Below, piece by piece: positions 27,555-43,644 of a stretch of DNA of 64,000 nucleotides. Both the position numbers and the translations under genes were made by a program. A model generated the notes under the pieces. The model saw nothing but the letters and a program-made list of their open reading frames with translations. It was not told the DNA's origin and did no database searches. The stretch comes from the human T2T-CHM13v2.0 reference genome, Homo sapiens. Position 1 is the first letter of the stretch, and the number at the start of each line of letters is the position of its first letter. The DNA lies in the NCBI RefSeq assembly GCF_009914755.1, contig NC_060938.1; one strand, written 5' to 3'.

Positions 27555-28648
27555 CAAGGCACAGGCAAAGATTTCCTGACAAAAATGCCAAAAGCAATTG
27601 CAACAAAAGCAAAAATTGACAAATAGGATCTAATTAAAGAGTTTCTGCACAGCTAAAGAAACTATCATCGGAGTGAACAGGAAACCTATAGAATAGGAGA
27701 AAATTTTTGCAGTCTATCCATCTGACAAAGGTCTAATATCCAGAATCTACAAGGAACTTAAACAAATTTACAAGAAAAAAAACCCATTAAAAAATGCACA
27801 AAGGACACGAACAGACACTTCTCAAAAGAAGACATACATGCAGCCAACAAACATATGAAAAAATGTTTAACATCACTGATCATTAAAGAAATGCAAATCA
27901 AAACCACCCACAATGACATACCATCTCACGCCAGTCAGAATGGCTGTTAAAAAATCAAAAAACAGCAGATGCTGGTGAGGTTGCAGAGAAAAAGGAGTGC
28001 TTTTACACCATTGGTGAGAGTTTAAATTAGTTCAAGCATTGTGGAAGACAGTGTGGCGATTCTTCAAAGACCTAGAGGCAGAAATACCATTTGTCCCAGC
28101 AATCCCATTACTGGGTATATATCCAAAGGATTAGAAATCATTCTGTTATAAAGATACATGCATGCATATGTTCATTGCAGCACTATTTACAATAGCAAAG
28201 ATCTGGAATCAACCTAAATGCCCATCAATGATAAACTGGATAAAGAAAATGTGGTACATATACAACATAGAATACTATGCAGCCATAAAAAAGAATGAGA
28301 TCCTGTCTTTTGCAGAGACATGGATGGAGCTGGAAGCCGTTATTGCCAGCAAACTAATGCAGGAACAGAAAACCAAACACCACATGTTCTCACTTATGAG
28401 TAGGAGCTGAATGAGGAGAACACATAGACACATTGGGGGAGAACAACACACGCTGGGGCCTGGGTAGTGTGGGTGGGGTAGGGGAAGGGAGAGCATCAGG
28501 AAGAATAGCTAATGGATGCTGGGCTTAATACCTGGATGATCTGTGCAGCAAACCACCATGGCACACATTTACCTATCTAACAAACCTGCACATCCTGCAC
28601 ATGTACCTCTGAACCTAAAAGTTGAAGAAAAATAAATAAAATGTTAAA
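27555..28648 (+). mobile_element. 5'-truncated L1PA (older primate subfamily)
   Basis: ORF2 C-terminal remnant (MFIAALFTIAKIWNQPKCPS) and 3' UTR. TSD agagaatgcctaa at 27542-27554 and 28649-28661. Confidence 0.95.
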
Positions 28649-29226
28649 AGAGAATGCCTAATAAATAATATTTGCGAATATATGTAGAGTGCTCCAATGT
28701 TAGAAAATGCTTCCACGTATGCTATATCATTTTATTCTCATTATACCCTTACCAAGTATAAATCATATTACAGATGAGCAAACTGTCTCAGCATAGTTAA
28801 GAGACTAACCCTAAGCCACCCAGCTGATAAGATGCAAAGCCAGAATTTCAGTGAAGGTCTTCTGACCTCCACTCAGTACTCAGTACTGTCTCTCATGAAA
28901 CCTCTGAGAGACTGCTGTGAGTTTAATACTGTGGATTTTGATTAAATGTTCCCTGGAAGCAAATTTGCCTTAAAGAAGGCATCAGTAAGCACAAAAGTTC
29001 AGGTGCCAACACCTTTCTGTCCTTTACTTTGGGGAAATATTAAACTGTCCCTTTGAGTGTAGACATTCAAATCAAAACATGCCATCCAATACTTCTTTAC
29101 TATACTGTACTCAGATATCTCTGGTGGCAATCTAAATTGTTTGTCCAGTCCTTTTGAGAAAGCAATTTGGTGATAATATCAAGGGTCATAAAAATGTTCA
29201 TATCCTTTAACTTGAAATTCTACTCT

Positions 29227-29537
<311 letters not shown>

Positions 29538-29734
29538 GAAATTCTACTCCCAAGAACTTATCCTATGGGAACGATTCAAATAAATGAAGAAAAAAATCAT
29601 GTGTATAAAAATATTCATAGCACCATTAACTGTAGCAATAAATGTTAGAATTAAAAGAGATGATATATGTAAAGTGCTTAACAGGATGCCTAGTAATCAA
29701 TCAGCATAGACTGCTGTAATCCCCTACTTACTCT

Positions 29735-30085
29735 TGAATGCTAATGAGCCTTCACATTTTGTGCCATCTGCATGGAAAGCTCTTCCTCCCTGATACCTGC
29801 ATCACTCCCTCTCTCCTTTCCTTCAAGTCTTCTTAAATGGGACCCCATCAGAGAGGCCTTCCCAAACCACCCTTTCTACACAACACATCTTTGCTGACGT
29901 TTTTCTACCTCCTCACCCTGCCTTATTATTTTAGTATATATTTCTACCTCATATGTTACATGTTTATTAGGTTTTTTTATTGTCTTTCTCTCCCCCAAAA
30001 GAAGGCAAGCTCCATGAGGGCAGAGACTTTGATTAGTTTGCTGCAATGTGTTGAGCATCTGGTACACTGCTGAGTAAATAATTTT
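29735..30085 (+). mobile_element. L2 3' fragment
   Basis: 'tcagagaggccttccc...aagctccatgagggcagagacttt'. Confidence 0.75.
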
Positions 30086-30109
30086 TTCTGTCTTTATGCT
30101 TCATCTTCA

Positions 30110-30473
30110 ACCCTTGGTTTTGTAGTAGGGAAGAGAGATCAGGTTCAACTCTCAACACAATAAGGAAAAGTGGGAATTTGTAGCCAAGGAACAGGGGAAA
30201 GGGGATCAACAGATGGAAAATTCTTAAGAGAAAACATCAGGAGTAAGAGAGGATTCTGGCTATCAGAATTCTTGCTAAAGGCAAGCCAGACCTCACCTGG
30301 GGAATATGTGGGAAGATTAGGAAACTGATCAGATTTTGGCTAAACTGACTTAGCAAGATTCTTGATAACATTGGACAATGTAAAGATAAACATGGAAGCT
30401 CAGAAGTCAGAACATAGTTTAGAAAGTTCAGAGGAGCCTAATTACAGTTTGATCAAGGGGAGAATCTTTGTCA
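30110..30473 (-). mobile_element. MER31-like ERV1 LTR
   Basis: Minus strand begins TGACAAAGATTCTCCCCTTGATCAAAC...AGGCTCCTCTGAAC. Confidence 0.7.
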
Positions 30474-31599
30474 ATATCCATCTTCCCTTCCCAACTGCCT
30501 GCCCTGCAGACCTCAAGATCCATCATCAGATATGAAGAAGGCAGCCTTATAGAAACTGTTTAGCCCAATACATCATGAAAACCTAATTTAATCTAATTAA
30601 TGTCTCATTTAAGTGTTAGTCCACTGTCATAAGACAAGATTTATTAACAAAAGTCTAAAGTGCAATAGCAAGAAATCTAGAAATCTCTGACAAGAAAAAA
30701 TTATGTAAAAACATATTTACTCTGAATAAAATGAAAGCTTATCAGTGAGATTGGAGATCTATTCTAACAGGTCGTTTAAAACTCATTTCCACAGGCCTTC
30801 TTATGACCCAACAATAGATTTTCCTGAGCATATCTATCTCAAAAAATCTTTTGATTCTGTCACTTGACAAGAATTTCTTAAGTTCTATCTCTAAACAACT
30901 TAATTAACTGGCTTAGAGATTGAAGAATATTCTTGCAAAGAAAAGAAAAAAAGTGCTGCTTTTAGAGCTTGTTATTAGCTTGGGAAAGTGGAATCACTCA
31001 GTAACTGAACAAAGAATAACTATAAATATTTAGTAGTTTAATATTCTGATGCAACTCTGCATCAATTTGTCACACTGATAGATCCATTAACAATTTAAGC
31101 CTGGTCTGCACAAGCTCTGAATTATTCATTTCACCATAAAACTGTCAACATCTCTGGAAGGTGTATCTATTGGTGGTAAAGTTATACTAATGTGCATTTA
31201 TGGTGGTAGAAGAAAAAACAACAACCAAAACAACCATAACCCTCTCTCCTGCTCGGTCTGTTGAGAAAGTTCTCAACTTCCTAATGAAAATTTGGACAGT
31301 TTTGTTATCCATAAAGGAAGCAAACGGTATTCTCAGATTTCTCTTGAGTTGATGTAATGGTCAGAGCAATTACATGGACTCCCATGTTCCACTCCAAGAT
31401 TGGGATACTCACACAAATGCAAGACAGTGAATGAGCAAGAAGTTTAACACCAAAGCAAAGTCAAACTGATTTCAAATTTCTGTTAACTTTATCTATATCT
31501 GAAAAGAGTTAATGGGAGAAACATTGAAGTGGGCTTTGGATCTCTTTGCCTTTTTGTAGGTTGACACTATTAGGATTTTCTGTGTCAGGATCTAGGATA

Positions 31600-31810
31600 A
31601 ATTTTTTTACATGTATCATCTTCAATCCACAGCCCCGCTAGGTGGATACCGTTATTCTCTCCCATTTTAAAGATGAGGCAAGTGAGGCTCAGAGTTAAAG
31701 CACTTATTCCAAAGTCACAAAACTAGGAAGTGATGGTGCAGATCCCAGCACCAACCCAGATGCTGGGATCTGCTCTGACTCTATCCCAAAAACCTATGCT
31801 TTTCATTACT
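31600..31810 (-). mobile_element. MIR
   Basis: 'cccattttaaagatgaggcaagtgaggctcagag...aagtcacaaaactaggaagtg'. Confidence 0.8.
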
Positions 31811-31894
31811 TCTCCATGTAGCTTCAACTTTGCAAGGAGCAAATATAGAAAGACCACAAAGAAAAGGCTATTTTGTGTCTTTATGACATGACTT

Positions 31895-32440
31895 TTGTTT
31901 TATTCATCTCATGCTGCAGGACAAATCAACCCAAAACTTAGTGGTATGTAACAATAAGAATAATTTTATCTCATAATCTCATGTTATGTGGGTCAAAAAT
32001 TTGGGCGTGTCTTTGGCTAGGTGGTTTTGGCTTGAGCCTCTCATGAGTTGCAGTTAGACATCCACTGGAAGTTTACCAATCTGAATTATTAACTGGGGCT
32101 GGAGGATCTGCTACGAAGGTGACTCACTCTGATGCCTACCAAGTTGGTGCTGGCTGTCGGCAGCAGGCCTCAGTTTCTCTCCATGTGAGCCTCTCCACAG
32201 GGCTACTTGAATGTCCTCATATAATGGCTGGTTTTCCACATGGAATGAGCTGCCCATGACACCAAGGGTGAAGCTGCAATGTCTTATATGATCTAGCCTC
32301 AGAAGTCATGCAATGTTCTTCCACAGTATTTCTATCAGTCATAAAGGTCAACCCTGATTCAGTGTGAAGGAAACCATGCAAGGGTGTGAATACCAGGAGG
32401 TCAGGATCTGCAGGGGAATCTTGGAGGCTGGTTACCTCAA
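31895..32440 (-). mobile_element. MLT1 (F/G-like) LTR
   Basis: 'aactggggctggaggatctgct...gcctctccacagggctacttgaatgtcctca...gtgtgaataccaggagg'. Confidence 0.8.
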
Positions 32441-33079
32441 TCCTGCTAGTCCTCTGGCACTTAGCAGATTACATTCTGCCTGTAACAGTGTTTGAGTTGC
32501 CTCTGTGGCCATGCAGAGTTAGAAAGTCAGGAACTTATTGCAAAACTACTGAACCTTAGAGTACTTTTAGCTGGTGGTGTGAATGCCAGCATCTGAAAGC
32601 AGGTGTGCTCAGACTCAGCTCCAGCAGATGAGGGAGGGTTTTCTAGCCTGTCTGGAGTGAGTGGCCACTGAAAACAATAGCAGTTAAAGAAAGATGCTTT
32701 TACAAGATGGAATCTTTAGAGAGAAAAGGAGGTCAACATGAAAAAGACAGTGGAGAGCAGATCAGAGAGGATGTGCCAGCTACAGGAGACAGGAGCATGA
32801 TGAAAATGGAAGAACAGGGGAAAGGGTATGGGCAGAAGGGAAAGCAAGTTTAAAAGGGTTTGAAGCAAAGGCATCAAACTCCAAAAGACAGAGCCCTGAC
32901 AATGAGTTGGTAAGAAGGAGGCTTGTACCCAGGGCATTCCGCACAGCATGAGGGCAGGAGATCAGAAAGAGGACACAGAAACGGAACCAGAACACACGTC
33001 TAGCACTGTAGGCATGAGGACAGTGTGCATCCCCCTGGTGACCAAAACTCAGCCTAAACCTTGACAGGGTATACTTTCA

Positions 33080-33620
33080 AAAAACTTTTTATCACAAAAG
33101 TAATACAATACATGTGCTGAAAATTCAGAGAGTGCAGAAATAATAAAAACAGAAGGTAGAAGTCCACCATACCCTAAAGATGACTGCCACTTACAATTTG
33201 GTATATGGCCTCTCAGGCCTTTTCTGAGACTGTGCAGCCACATAGAGAAATGTATAAGACTGGCCTGCATATATTGTACTGCACTTGCTCTTTTCACATA
33301 ATAGCATAGCTTTCACATCTCTCTGTATCAGTCAGTAACTACAGAAATGCCCCATTCTTTTTTAAGTTTTTTGGTATTCTGTCTTATGATTGTTGCATGA
33401 CTTATTTAACCAGTGCCCTAACAGGACATTTGAATTGTTTCTTATTATTTACCACTATAAATAATGCTTGAGGAAACATCTTTGTACAAATATCCTTACA
33501 TATTTGTGGGAGAATTTCTACGGAAAAATTCCAAAAAGTGGGATTGCTGGATTAAAAAGTATGCATATTCAAATTTTCAATAAATGTTGCCTTACTGAAA
33601 AGTTGTATCAATTTGCATGC
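33080..33620 (-). mobile_element. L1ME-like 3' fragment
   Basis: 'ttatttaaccagtgcc...ggacatttgaattgttt...aaagtgggattgctggat'. Confidence 0.65.
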
Positions 33621-34027
33621 AGGTATCTTACATTGGATATCTATGGCTAACATCCGAGCAAACTCAACTATAAGCTTATTCATAATATTGTCAAATATTC
33701 CTAAGCTGTGTGTCATGATAAAAATTATATGTATTTGGAAAGGGTCATTACATTGCAGGGTAAAATACGTCCAATGATCAAAGCATCGTACTTATTCAAG
33801 TAATCATGTATGTGTTTCCACAGATTTGAGCTGTACACATTAAATGCTTCCCGGATACAACAGGATCCAGCCCAAAAGCCACAGTGTCTCTTTGACCTTC
33901 CCTTTGCTTTCCAATAACCAATATTCTTCAGGCATTTCTTCTATCAATAAAAAGTATCTGATAAACCATAATCACTTTAGTATGTATTGGTTGCATTTGT
34001 GACCCTTTATGGAATAATTTGCAAGAT

Positions 34028-34137
34028 TTATTTATTTGATTTTAGATATGGGAATCTCTCTTGCTCTGTTGTCCAGGCTGAGGGGCAGTGGTGCAATCAT
34101 AGCTCACTGCAGCCTCAAACTCCTGGACTCAAGTGAT
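34028..34137 (-). mobile_element. Truncated Alu arm (AluJ/FLAM-like)
   Basis: 'gtccaggctgaggggcagtggtgcaatcatagctcactgcagcctcaaactcctggactcaagtgat'. Confidence 0.85.
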
Positions 34138-34352
34138 GATCATTAACATTTCTTTGGCAATACAGTATTTTTTAAAGTATGCACTTTTTAGGTATAATGC
34201 TATTGTACACTTTATAGACTACAGTTTAGTGTAAACATAACTTTCATATGCACTGGAAAAACAAAATCTGTGTGGCTCACTTCATTAAAATGTTGACTTT
34301 GTTGTGGTGGTCTGGAATCAAACCCACAATATATATTTCTGAAGTGTGCCTG
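34136..34352 (+). mobile_element. Tigger1 3' end (Tc1/mariner-pogo)
   Basis: 'atagactacagtttagtgtaaacataacttt...gtggtctggaatcaaacccacaat...gtgtgcctg', followed by the TA target site. Confidence 0.85.
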
Positions 34353-34773
34353 TATCCACTTTGGGGCAGGGGAGAAGGAAACTATCCACTTCAGTTGCCA
34401 GGAAAACAGAAATCCTCTTCTTAGCAAATAGTGACTAAGGAAAACCCATCAAAGCATTACTTTATGTGAATTAAATTCCAAAAACATGGGTTAAAACGTG
34501 GTTCCCATCTTATATTAGCATTAACAATCCCTATACTCCTTATTTGAGGGGCATAGGTTAATTAATAAAAGAACTGTTTGGAAACAGTTCTTTTGTATAC
34601 ATCTTTGGACACTGTTAAGCCATTAGTGTTTGCTTGCCTATTCATTCAACACATATTTGCAGAACCTGTATGAATAAGGCACTGTTAGAACTACTGTGGG
34701 AACCATCCTAGGTGCTGAAAGAGATACATGCATAACCAGGATACTTTTAAAAATAATAATAAACCTTATTTTT

Positions 34774-36061
34774 TTTTATTTTACGTTCTGGGATAAATGT
34801 ACAGAACGTGCAGGGTTGTTACATAAGTATATGTGTGCCATGGTGGTTTGCTGCACCTATTGACCCGTCCTCTAAGTTCCCTCCCCTCACCCCCACCTCC
34901 CAACAAGCCCTGGTGTGTGATGTTCCCCTCTCTGTGTTCATGTGTTCTCATTGTTCAACTTCCACTTGTAAGTGAGAAAATGAGGTGTTTGGTTTTCTGT
35001 TCCCATGTTAGTTTGCTGAGGATGATGGCTTCCAGCTTCATCCATGTCCCTGCAAAGGACATGATCTCATTCATTTTTATGGCTGCATAGTAGTCCATGG
35101 TTTATAAGTACCACATTTTCTTAATCCAGTCTATCATTGCTGGGCATTTGGGTTGATTCCATGACTTTTCTATTGTAAATAGTGCTGCAATAAACATATG
35201 TGTGCATGTGTCTTTAGAGTAGAATGATCTATATTCCTTTGGGTATATACCCAGCAATGGGATTGCTGAGTTAAATGATATTTCTCGTTCTAGATCCTTG
35301 AGGAATTGCCATACTGTCTTCCACAATGGTTGAACTAATTTACATTCCCACCAACAGTGTAAAAGCATTCCTATTTCTCCACAGCCTTGCCAGCATCTAT
35401 TGTTTCTTGACTTTCTAATAATCACCATTCTGAAGAGATGGTATCTCGTTGTGGTTTTGATTTGCATTTCTCTAATGATCAATAATGTTGAGCTTTTTTT
35501 CATATGTTTGTTGGTGGCATAAGTGTCTTCTTTTGGTAAGTGCCTGTTCATATCCTTTGCCCACTTTTTGATGGGGTTGTGTTTTTCTTGTAAATTTGTT
35601 TCAGTTTCTTGTAAATTCTGGATATTAGCCATTTGGCAGATGGATAGATTGCAAAAATTTTCTCCCATTCTGTAGGTTGCCTGCTCACTCTAATGATAGT
35701 TTCCTTTGCTGTGCAGAAGCTCTTTAGTTTAATTAGATCCCATTTGTCAATTTTGGCTTTTGTTGCCATTGTTTTTGGCGTTTTAGTCATGAAGTCTTTG
35801 CCCATGCCTATGTCCTGAATGGTATTGCCTGGATTTTCTTCTAGGATTTTTATAGTTTTGGGTTTTACATGTGAGTCTTTAATCCATCCTGAGTTAATTT
35901 TTGTATAACGTGTAAGGAAGGGATCCAGTTTCAGTTCTCTGCAAATGGCTAGCCAGTTTTCTGAGCACCATTTATTGGATAGGAAATCTTTTCCCCATTG
36001 CTTGTTTTTGTCAGGTTTGTGGAAGATCAGATGATGGTAGATGTTTGGTGTTATTTCTGAG
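34774..36061 (-). mobile_element. 5'-truncated L1PA inserted in the tail of an older L1MC
   Basis: ORF2 remnant ORFs at 35102-35805. TSD aataaaccttattttt at 34758-34773 and 36062-36077. Confidence 0.95.
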
Positions 36062-39000
36062 AATAAACCTTATTTTTAGAACAGTTTTGGGTATGCAGCA
36101 AATTTAGTGAAAATGACAGAGAATTCCTGCACACCATCTGTTTTTGCACATGGACAACCTCCCCCACTATCAGCACCCCACCCCATAGTGGTATATTTGT
36201 TATAATCAATGAACCTATGTTGACATATTTTTATACAAAATCCATAGTTTACATTACGGCTCACTTTTGGTGCTCTACATTCTATGGGATTTGATAAATA
36301 CATAGTAACAAGTATCCCCATTTAGTATCATACTGAAATATGATACTAAACAGTTTCATAGCCCTAAAAATCCTCAATGCTCCACCAATTTACCCCTCCT
36401 CCCCTTCAACCCCTGGCAACCATTGATCCTTTTCCTATCTCCACGGTGTTGCCTTTTCTTTTCTAAAATGTCATACAGTTGGAAATACACACACACACAC
36501 ACACACACAAACACACAGATCGGTTTCTTTTCATTATTAATATGCATCAAAGGTTCTTTCATGTCTTTCCATGGTTTGATAGCTCATATTTTTTACCACT
36601 GGATAATATTCCACTGTCTGAATGTAACACAGTTCATTTATCTCTTTGCCTACTGAGGGATATGTTGGTTGCTTCCAAGTTTTGGCAATTATGAATAAAG
36701 CTGCTATGAACATCTGTGTGCAGATTTTTATGTGGACATAAGTTTTCAATTATTTTGGGTAAACACCAAGAAGTGCAATTCCTAGATCATATGGTAAGAG
36801 TATTTTTAATTTTGTAAGAAACTGCCAAACTGTCTTCCAAAATGGCTTTACTATTTTCATTCCTGTCAGCAATGAATGAGAGTTCAGAATTTGGTGTTAT
36901 CAGTGCTTTGGAATTTGGCTATTCTAATAGGTATGTTGTAGTATCTCACTGTTGTTTCAATTTACAATTCCCTAATGATATATGATCTTCAACATTTTTT
37001 TGTATATTTCCGTGCCATCTGTATGTCTTCTTTGGTGAGGTATCTGTTCAAGTCTTTTGCCTATTTTTTTTATCAGATTCTTCATTTTCTTATTACTGAG
37101 TTTTAAGAATCCTTTGTATATTTTGTATATCAGTCCTGTATCGGATGTGTCTTTTGCAATATTTTCTCTTAGAATTTGGCTTGTCTTCTCATTCTTTTAA
37201 CATTGTATTTTGCAGAGAAGAAGTGTTTAATTTTAATGAAGCCTAGCTTATCAATTACTTCTTTCATGTATCATGCCTATGGTGTTGTACCTAAAATATT
37301 ATCATCATACCCAAGGTCACTTAGGCCTTATCCAATGTTGTCATCTGGGAGTTTTATATTTTTGCATTTTAGATTTAGTTCTATAATCTATTTTGAAGTA
37401 ATTTTTATGAATGGTGTAAGATCTGTGTCTGGAGTCAATTTTTTGTGAATGGATGTCCTGTTGTTCCAGAATCTTTTGTTGCGAAGACTATCTTTGCTCC
37501 TTTGTCATAGATTAGTTGACTATATTTATGTGGTTCTACTTTTCAGATCTCTATTCTGCCCCCATTGAACTATTTGTCTAGTCTTTTGCCAAATACACAC
37601 TGTTTTGATTACTATAGCTTTGTAGTAAGTCTTGAAGTTGGGTAATGTGAGTCCTCCAACTTTGTGCTTCTCCTTCAATATTTTATCAGATAATCAGGCT
37701 CTCTTGCCTCTTCATATAAGCTTTAGAATCATCAATATCTATAAAATAACTTGCTGGGATGTTTATTGGGATTGTGTTGAATCTAAAGTTGGACAAAAAG
37801 TGACATTATAACAATACTGAGTCATCCTATTCATGAACATGGAATATGTCTCCATTTATTTGGTTTTTCTTTGTTATCTTTTATCAGAGATTTGTGGTTG
37901 TCATCATGTAAACCTTGTATCTATTTACTAGACTTATACCTATGTATTTTATTTGGGGATGCTAATGTAAATTGTAATGTGTTTTAATTTTAAGTTCTAC
38001 TTGTTCATTTGCTGGTATATAGAAAAGTGATTAAATTTTGTATGTTAACCTTGTATTCTGTAATTTTGCTATAATTGCTTATAAGTTCCAGGGGTTTGGG
38101 GTTTCATTATTTTGCTTTTTGCCAATTTTTTTGTTTTCTACATAGACAATAATGTAGAAAAAAGCTATAAACAAATTTTTTTTCCTTCCTAATCTATATA
38201 TCCTTGATTTCCTTTACTTGCCTTATTGCATTAGCCAGAACTTCTAGTATGATATTGAAAAGCAGTGGTAAGCGGGGACATCTTCACCTTGTTCCTCATC
38301 TTAGTGAGAAAGATTCAAGTCTCTCCCCGTTACGTATGATGTTAGCTGTAGGCTTTTTGTAGATGTTCTTTATCAAGTTGAGGAAGTTTTTCTCTATTTT
38401 TACTTTGCTGAGAGTGTTTATCATGAATGGGTGTTGGATTTTGTCAACTGCTTTTCTGCATCTATTGATGAGATCATGTGATGTTTTTCTTTGTTAGCCT
38501 GTTGATGTAACAGATTACATTAATTGATATTCAAATATTGGACCATCCTTGCAAACCTGGGATAAATCCCACATCGTCATAGCGTATAATTCTTTTTATA
38601 CATTGTTAGATTCAATTTGCTATTATTTTATTGAGAATTTTTGCATCTATGTTTATGAAAGATACATATAGTTTTCTTATAATGTCTTTGTCTGATTTTT
38701 GATATTAGGGTAATACTGGCTTCATAGAATGAGTTAGGAAGTATTTCCTCTGCTTCTATTTTCTGAAATAGATTGTAGATAATTGGCTTAATTTCTTTCT
38801 TAACTGTTTGGTAGAGTTTACTAGTGAACACATCTGGGCCTAATGCTTTCTATTTTGGAAGGTTATTAATTATTGATTAAATTTATTTAACAGGTATAGG
38901 CTTAATCAGATTGTTTATTTCCTGTTGTATGAATTTCAGCAAATTGTGTCTTTCAAGGAATTAGTTCATTTCATCTAGGTTGTCAAATAAAGTTGTTCAT

Positions 39001-41006
39001 AATATTTCTTTATTATCCTTTTAATGTTTATGAGGTTGTAGCAATATTTTCTCTTTCATTTCTGTTATTAGTAATCTGCACATCTTTTTTCTTAGCCTGG
39101 CTAGAAGATTACCAATTTTATTGATCTTTTCAAAGAACCAGCTTTGGGTTAATTTTCTCTATTGATTTCCTATTTTCAGTATCACTAATTTCTGTTCTAA
39201 TCTTTATTATTTCTTTTCTCCTGCTTACTTTGGATTTAATTTGCACACTTTTTCTAATTTGCTAAGGTAGAAACGTAGATTATTGACTTTTATATTTTTA
39301 TTAATTTTTAATATAAGCAACTCAAAGCAACAAATTTCCCTTTAGAAACTACTTTTATGCCACAAATTTTGGTATATTGTGTTTTTATTTTATTGTACAT
39401 TGTGCTTTTATTTAGCCCAAAATATTTTTAAATTTCTCTTGAGATTTTGCCTTTGACCCATGTGTCATTTAGAAGTATGATGTTTAACCTCTAAATATTT
39501 TGGGTTTTTCCAGCATCTTTCTGTTGGTGATTTCTAGTTTAATTCCATTATTGTCTGACAATAGACATTGCATGATTTCTATTCCCTTAAATTTGTTAAG
39601 CTGTGCTTTATGGCCCAGAATATGGCTTATCTTCATGAATATTCCATGTGAGCTTTAGAATAATGTGAAATCTGCTGTTTTTGGATGAATAGGCTATAGA
39701 TGTCAATTATATCTACTTGACTGATGGTGCTGATGATTTCAAATCTATTCTTACTAATTTTCAGCCTGCTGGATCTGTCCATTTCTGATGAATATTAAAG
39801 TCTTTAACTATAACTATGGATTCACTTATTTCTCCCTGAAGTTCTATCGGTTTCTTTCCTCACATATTTTGATGCTCTGTTGTTAGACACATACACAATA
39901 AGGATTGTTATGTCTTTTTTGAGTATTGACCCATTTATCATTATGTAATGCCCCTCTTTATCCCTAATAACCTTCTTTGCTCTGATGTTTGTTCTGTGGA
40001 AAATTAATGTACCCACTACCACTTTCTTTTCATTACTCTTAGTATGATATATCTTTTTCAATCCCTTTCCTTTAACCTACTTTGTGTCTTTATATTTAAA
40101 GTGTGTTTCTTGAAGACAACATAAAGATGGGTCTTTTTTTTAACTCACTCTGATAAACTCTGTCTTTTAGTTGGTGTACTTAGATCACTGATGTTTAAGT
40201 TGATTATTGATATAGTTAGATTAACATCTACCATATTTGTTACTGTTTTCTCTTTCTTACCCTTGTTTTTTATTCTTACTTTTATCTTCTATACTTTTTC
40301 TGCCTTTTGTGGTTTCAATTGAGCATTTTATATTATTTTATTTCCGCCCCTTTCTTAGCACACCAATTATTTTTTTCAACGTTTTTTAGTGGTTGTCATA
40401 GAGTTTGCAATATACATTTACAACTAATCTAAGTCCACTTTCAAATAACACTATACTACTTTACAGGTTTAGTATTTGAGAAGAAGGTGTAATCTATCGC
40501 AGCATAATAACAAAATAACATTAATTCCTCCTGCCCTTCCTTTAATAATTGTTGTCATTCATTTCACTTATATTAATATATAAACATATACACACATAAG
40601 CATACATAATCGAGTACACTGCTATTTTAAACAAATTATCTGTTATATTAATTTGGAATTGTTTAAATGCTTCTGTTTTGCCCTCATGTATTCATTCTCC
40701 AATGTTTTTCCTTGCTTTATGTACCTCTGAGTTTCTAATCTATACCATTTTCTGTCTCTCTGAAGAAGTTCTTTTAACATTTCTTGCAAGGCAGGTCAAC
40801 AGGCAATAAATTTCCTCATTTTTTGTTATCTGAGAAAGTGTTTATTTTTCCTTCACTTTTGAAGGATAATTTTACAAGGTACAGAAATCTAGGTTGTTGG
40901 ATATTTTCTGAACACTTCAAATATTTCACTCCACTCTCTTCTTGCAAGTATGGCTCCTAAAGAGAAGTTGGATGTAGTTATCTTTGCTCCTATATAGATC
41001 AGATAT

Positions 41007-43316
<2,310 letters not shown>

Positions 43317-43644
43317 GTTCTTCTCCTCTGGCTTCAAGATATTTTTCTTTATCATTGATTTTCTGAAGTTTAAGTATGATATGCCCAAGTGTAGGATCTT
43401 TTTGGTATCTATCCTGCCTGGTGTTCTCTGAGCTTCCTGGATCTGTAGTTTGGCATCTGACATTAACTGGGGGGAAATTCTTAGTCATTATTGCTTCAAA
43501 TAATTCTTCTGTTCCTTTCTCCCCTTCTTCTCTGCTGGTATTCCCATCATGCATATGTTACAACTTTTGTAGTTGTCCCATAGTCCTTAGATATTCTGTT
43601 TTGTATTTTACAGTCTTTATTTTTTCTTTAATTTTCAGTTTTGG

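Noticed and set aside
35102-35805. Longest ORFs (188 and 85 aa) as genes
   Set aside because: Frameshifted L1 ORF2 C-terminal remnants.
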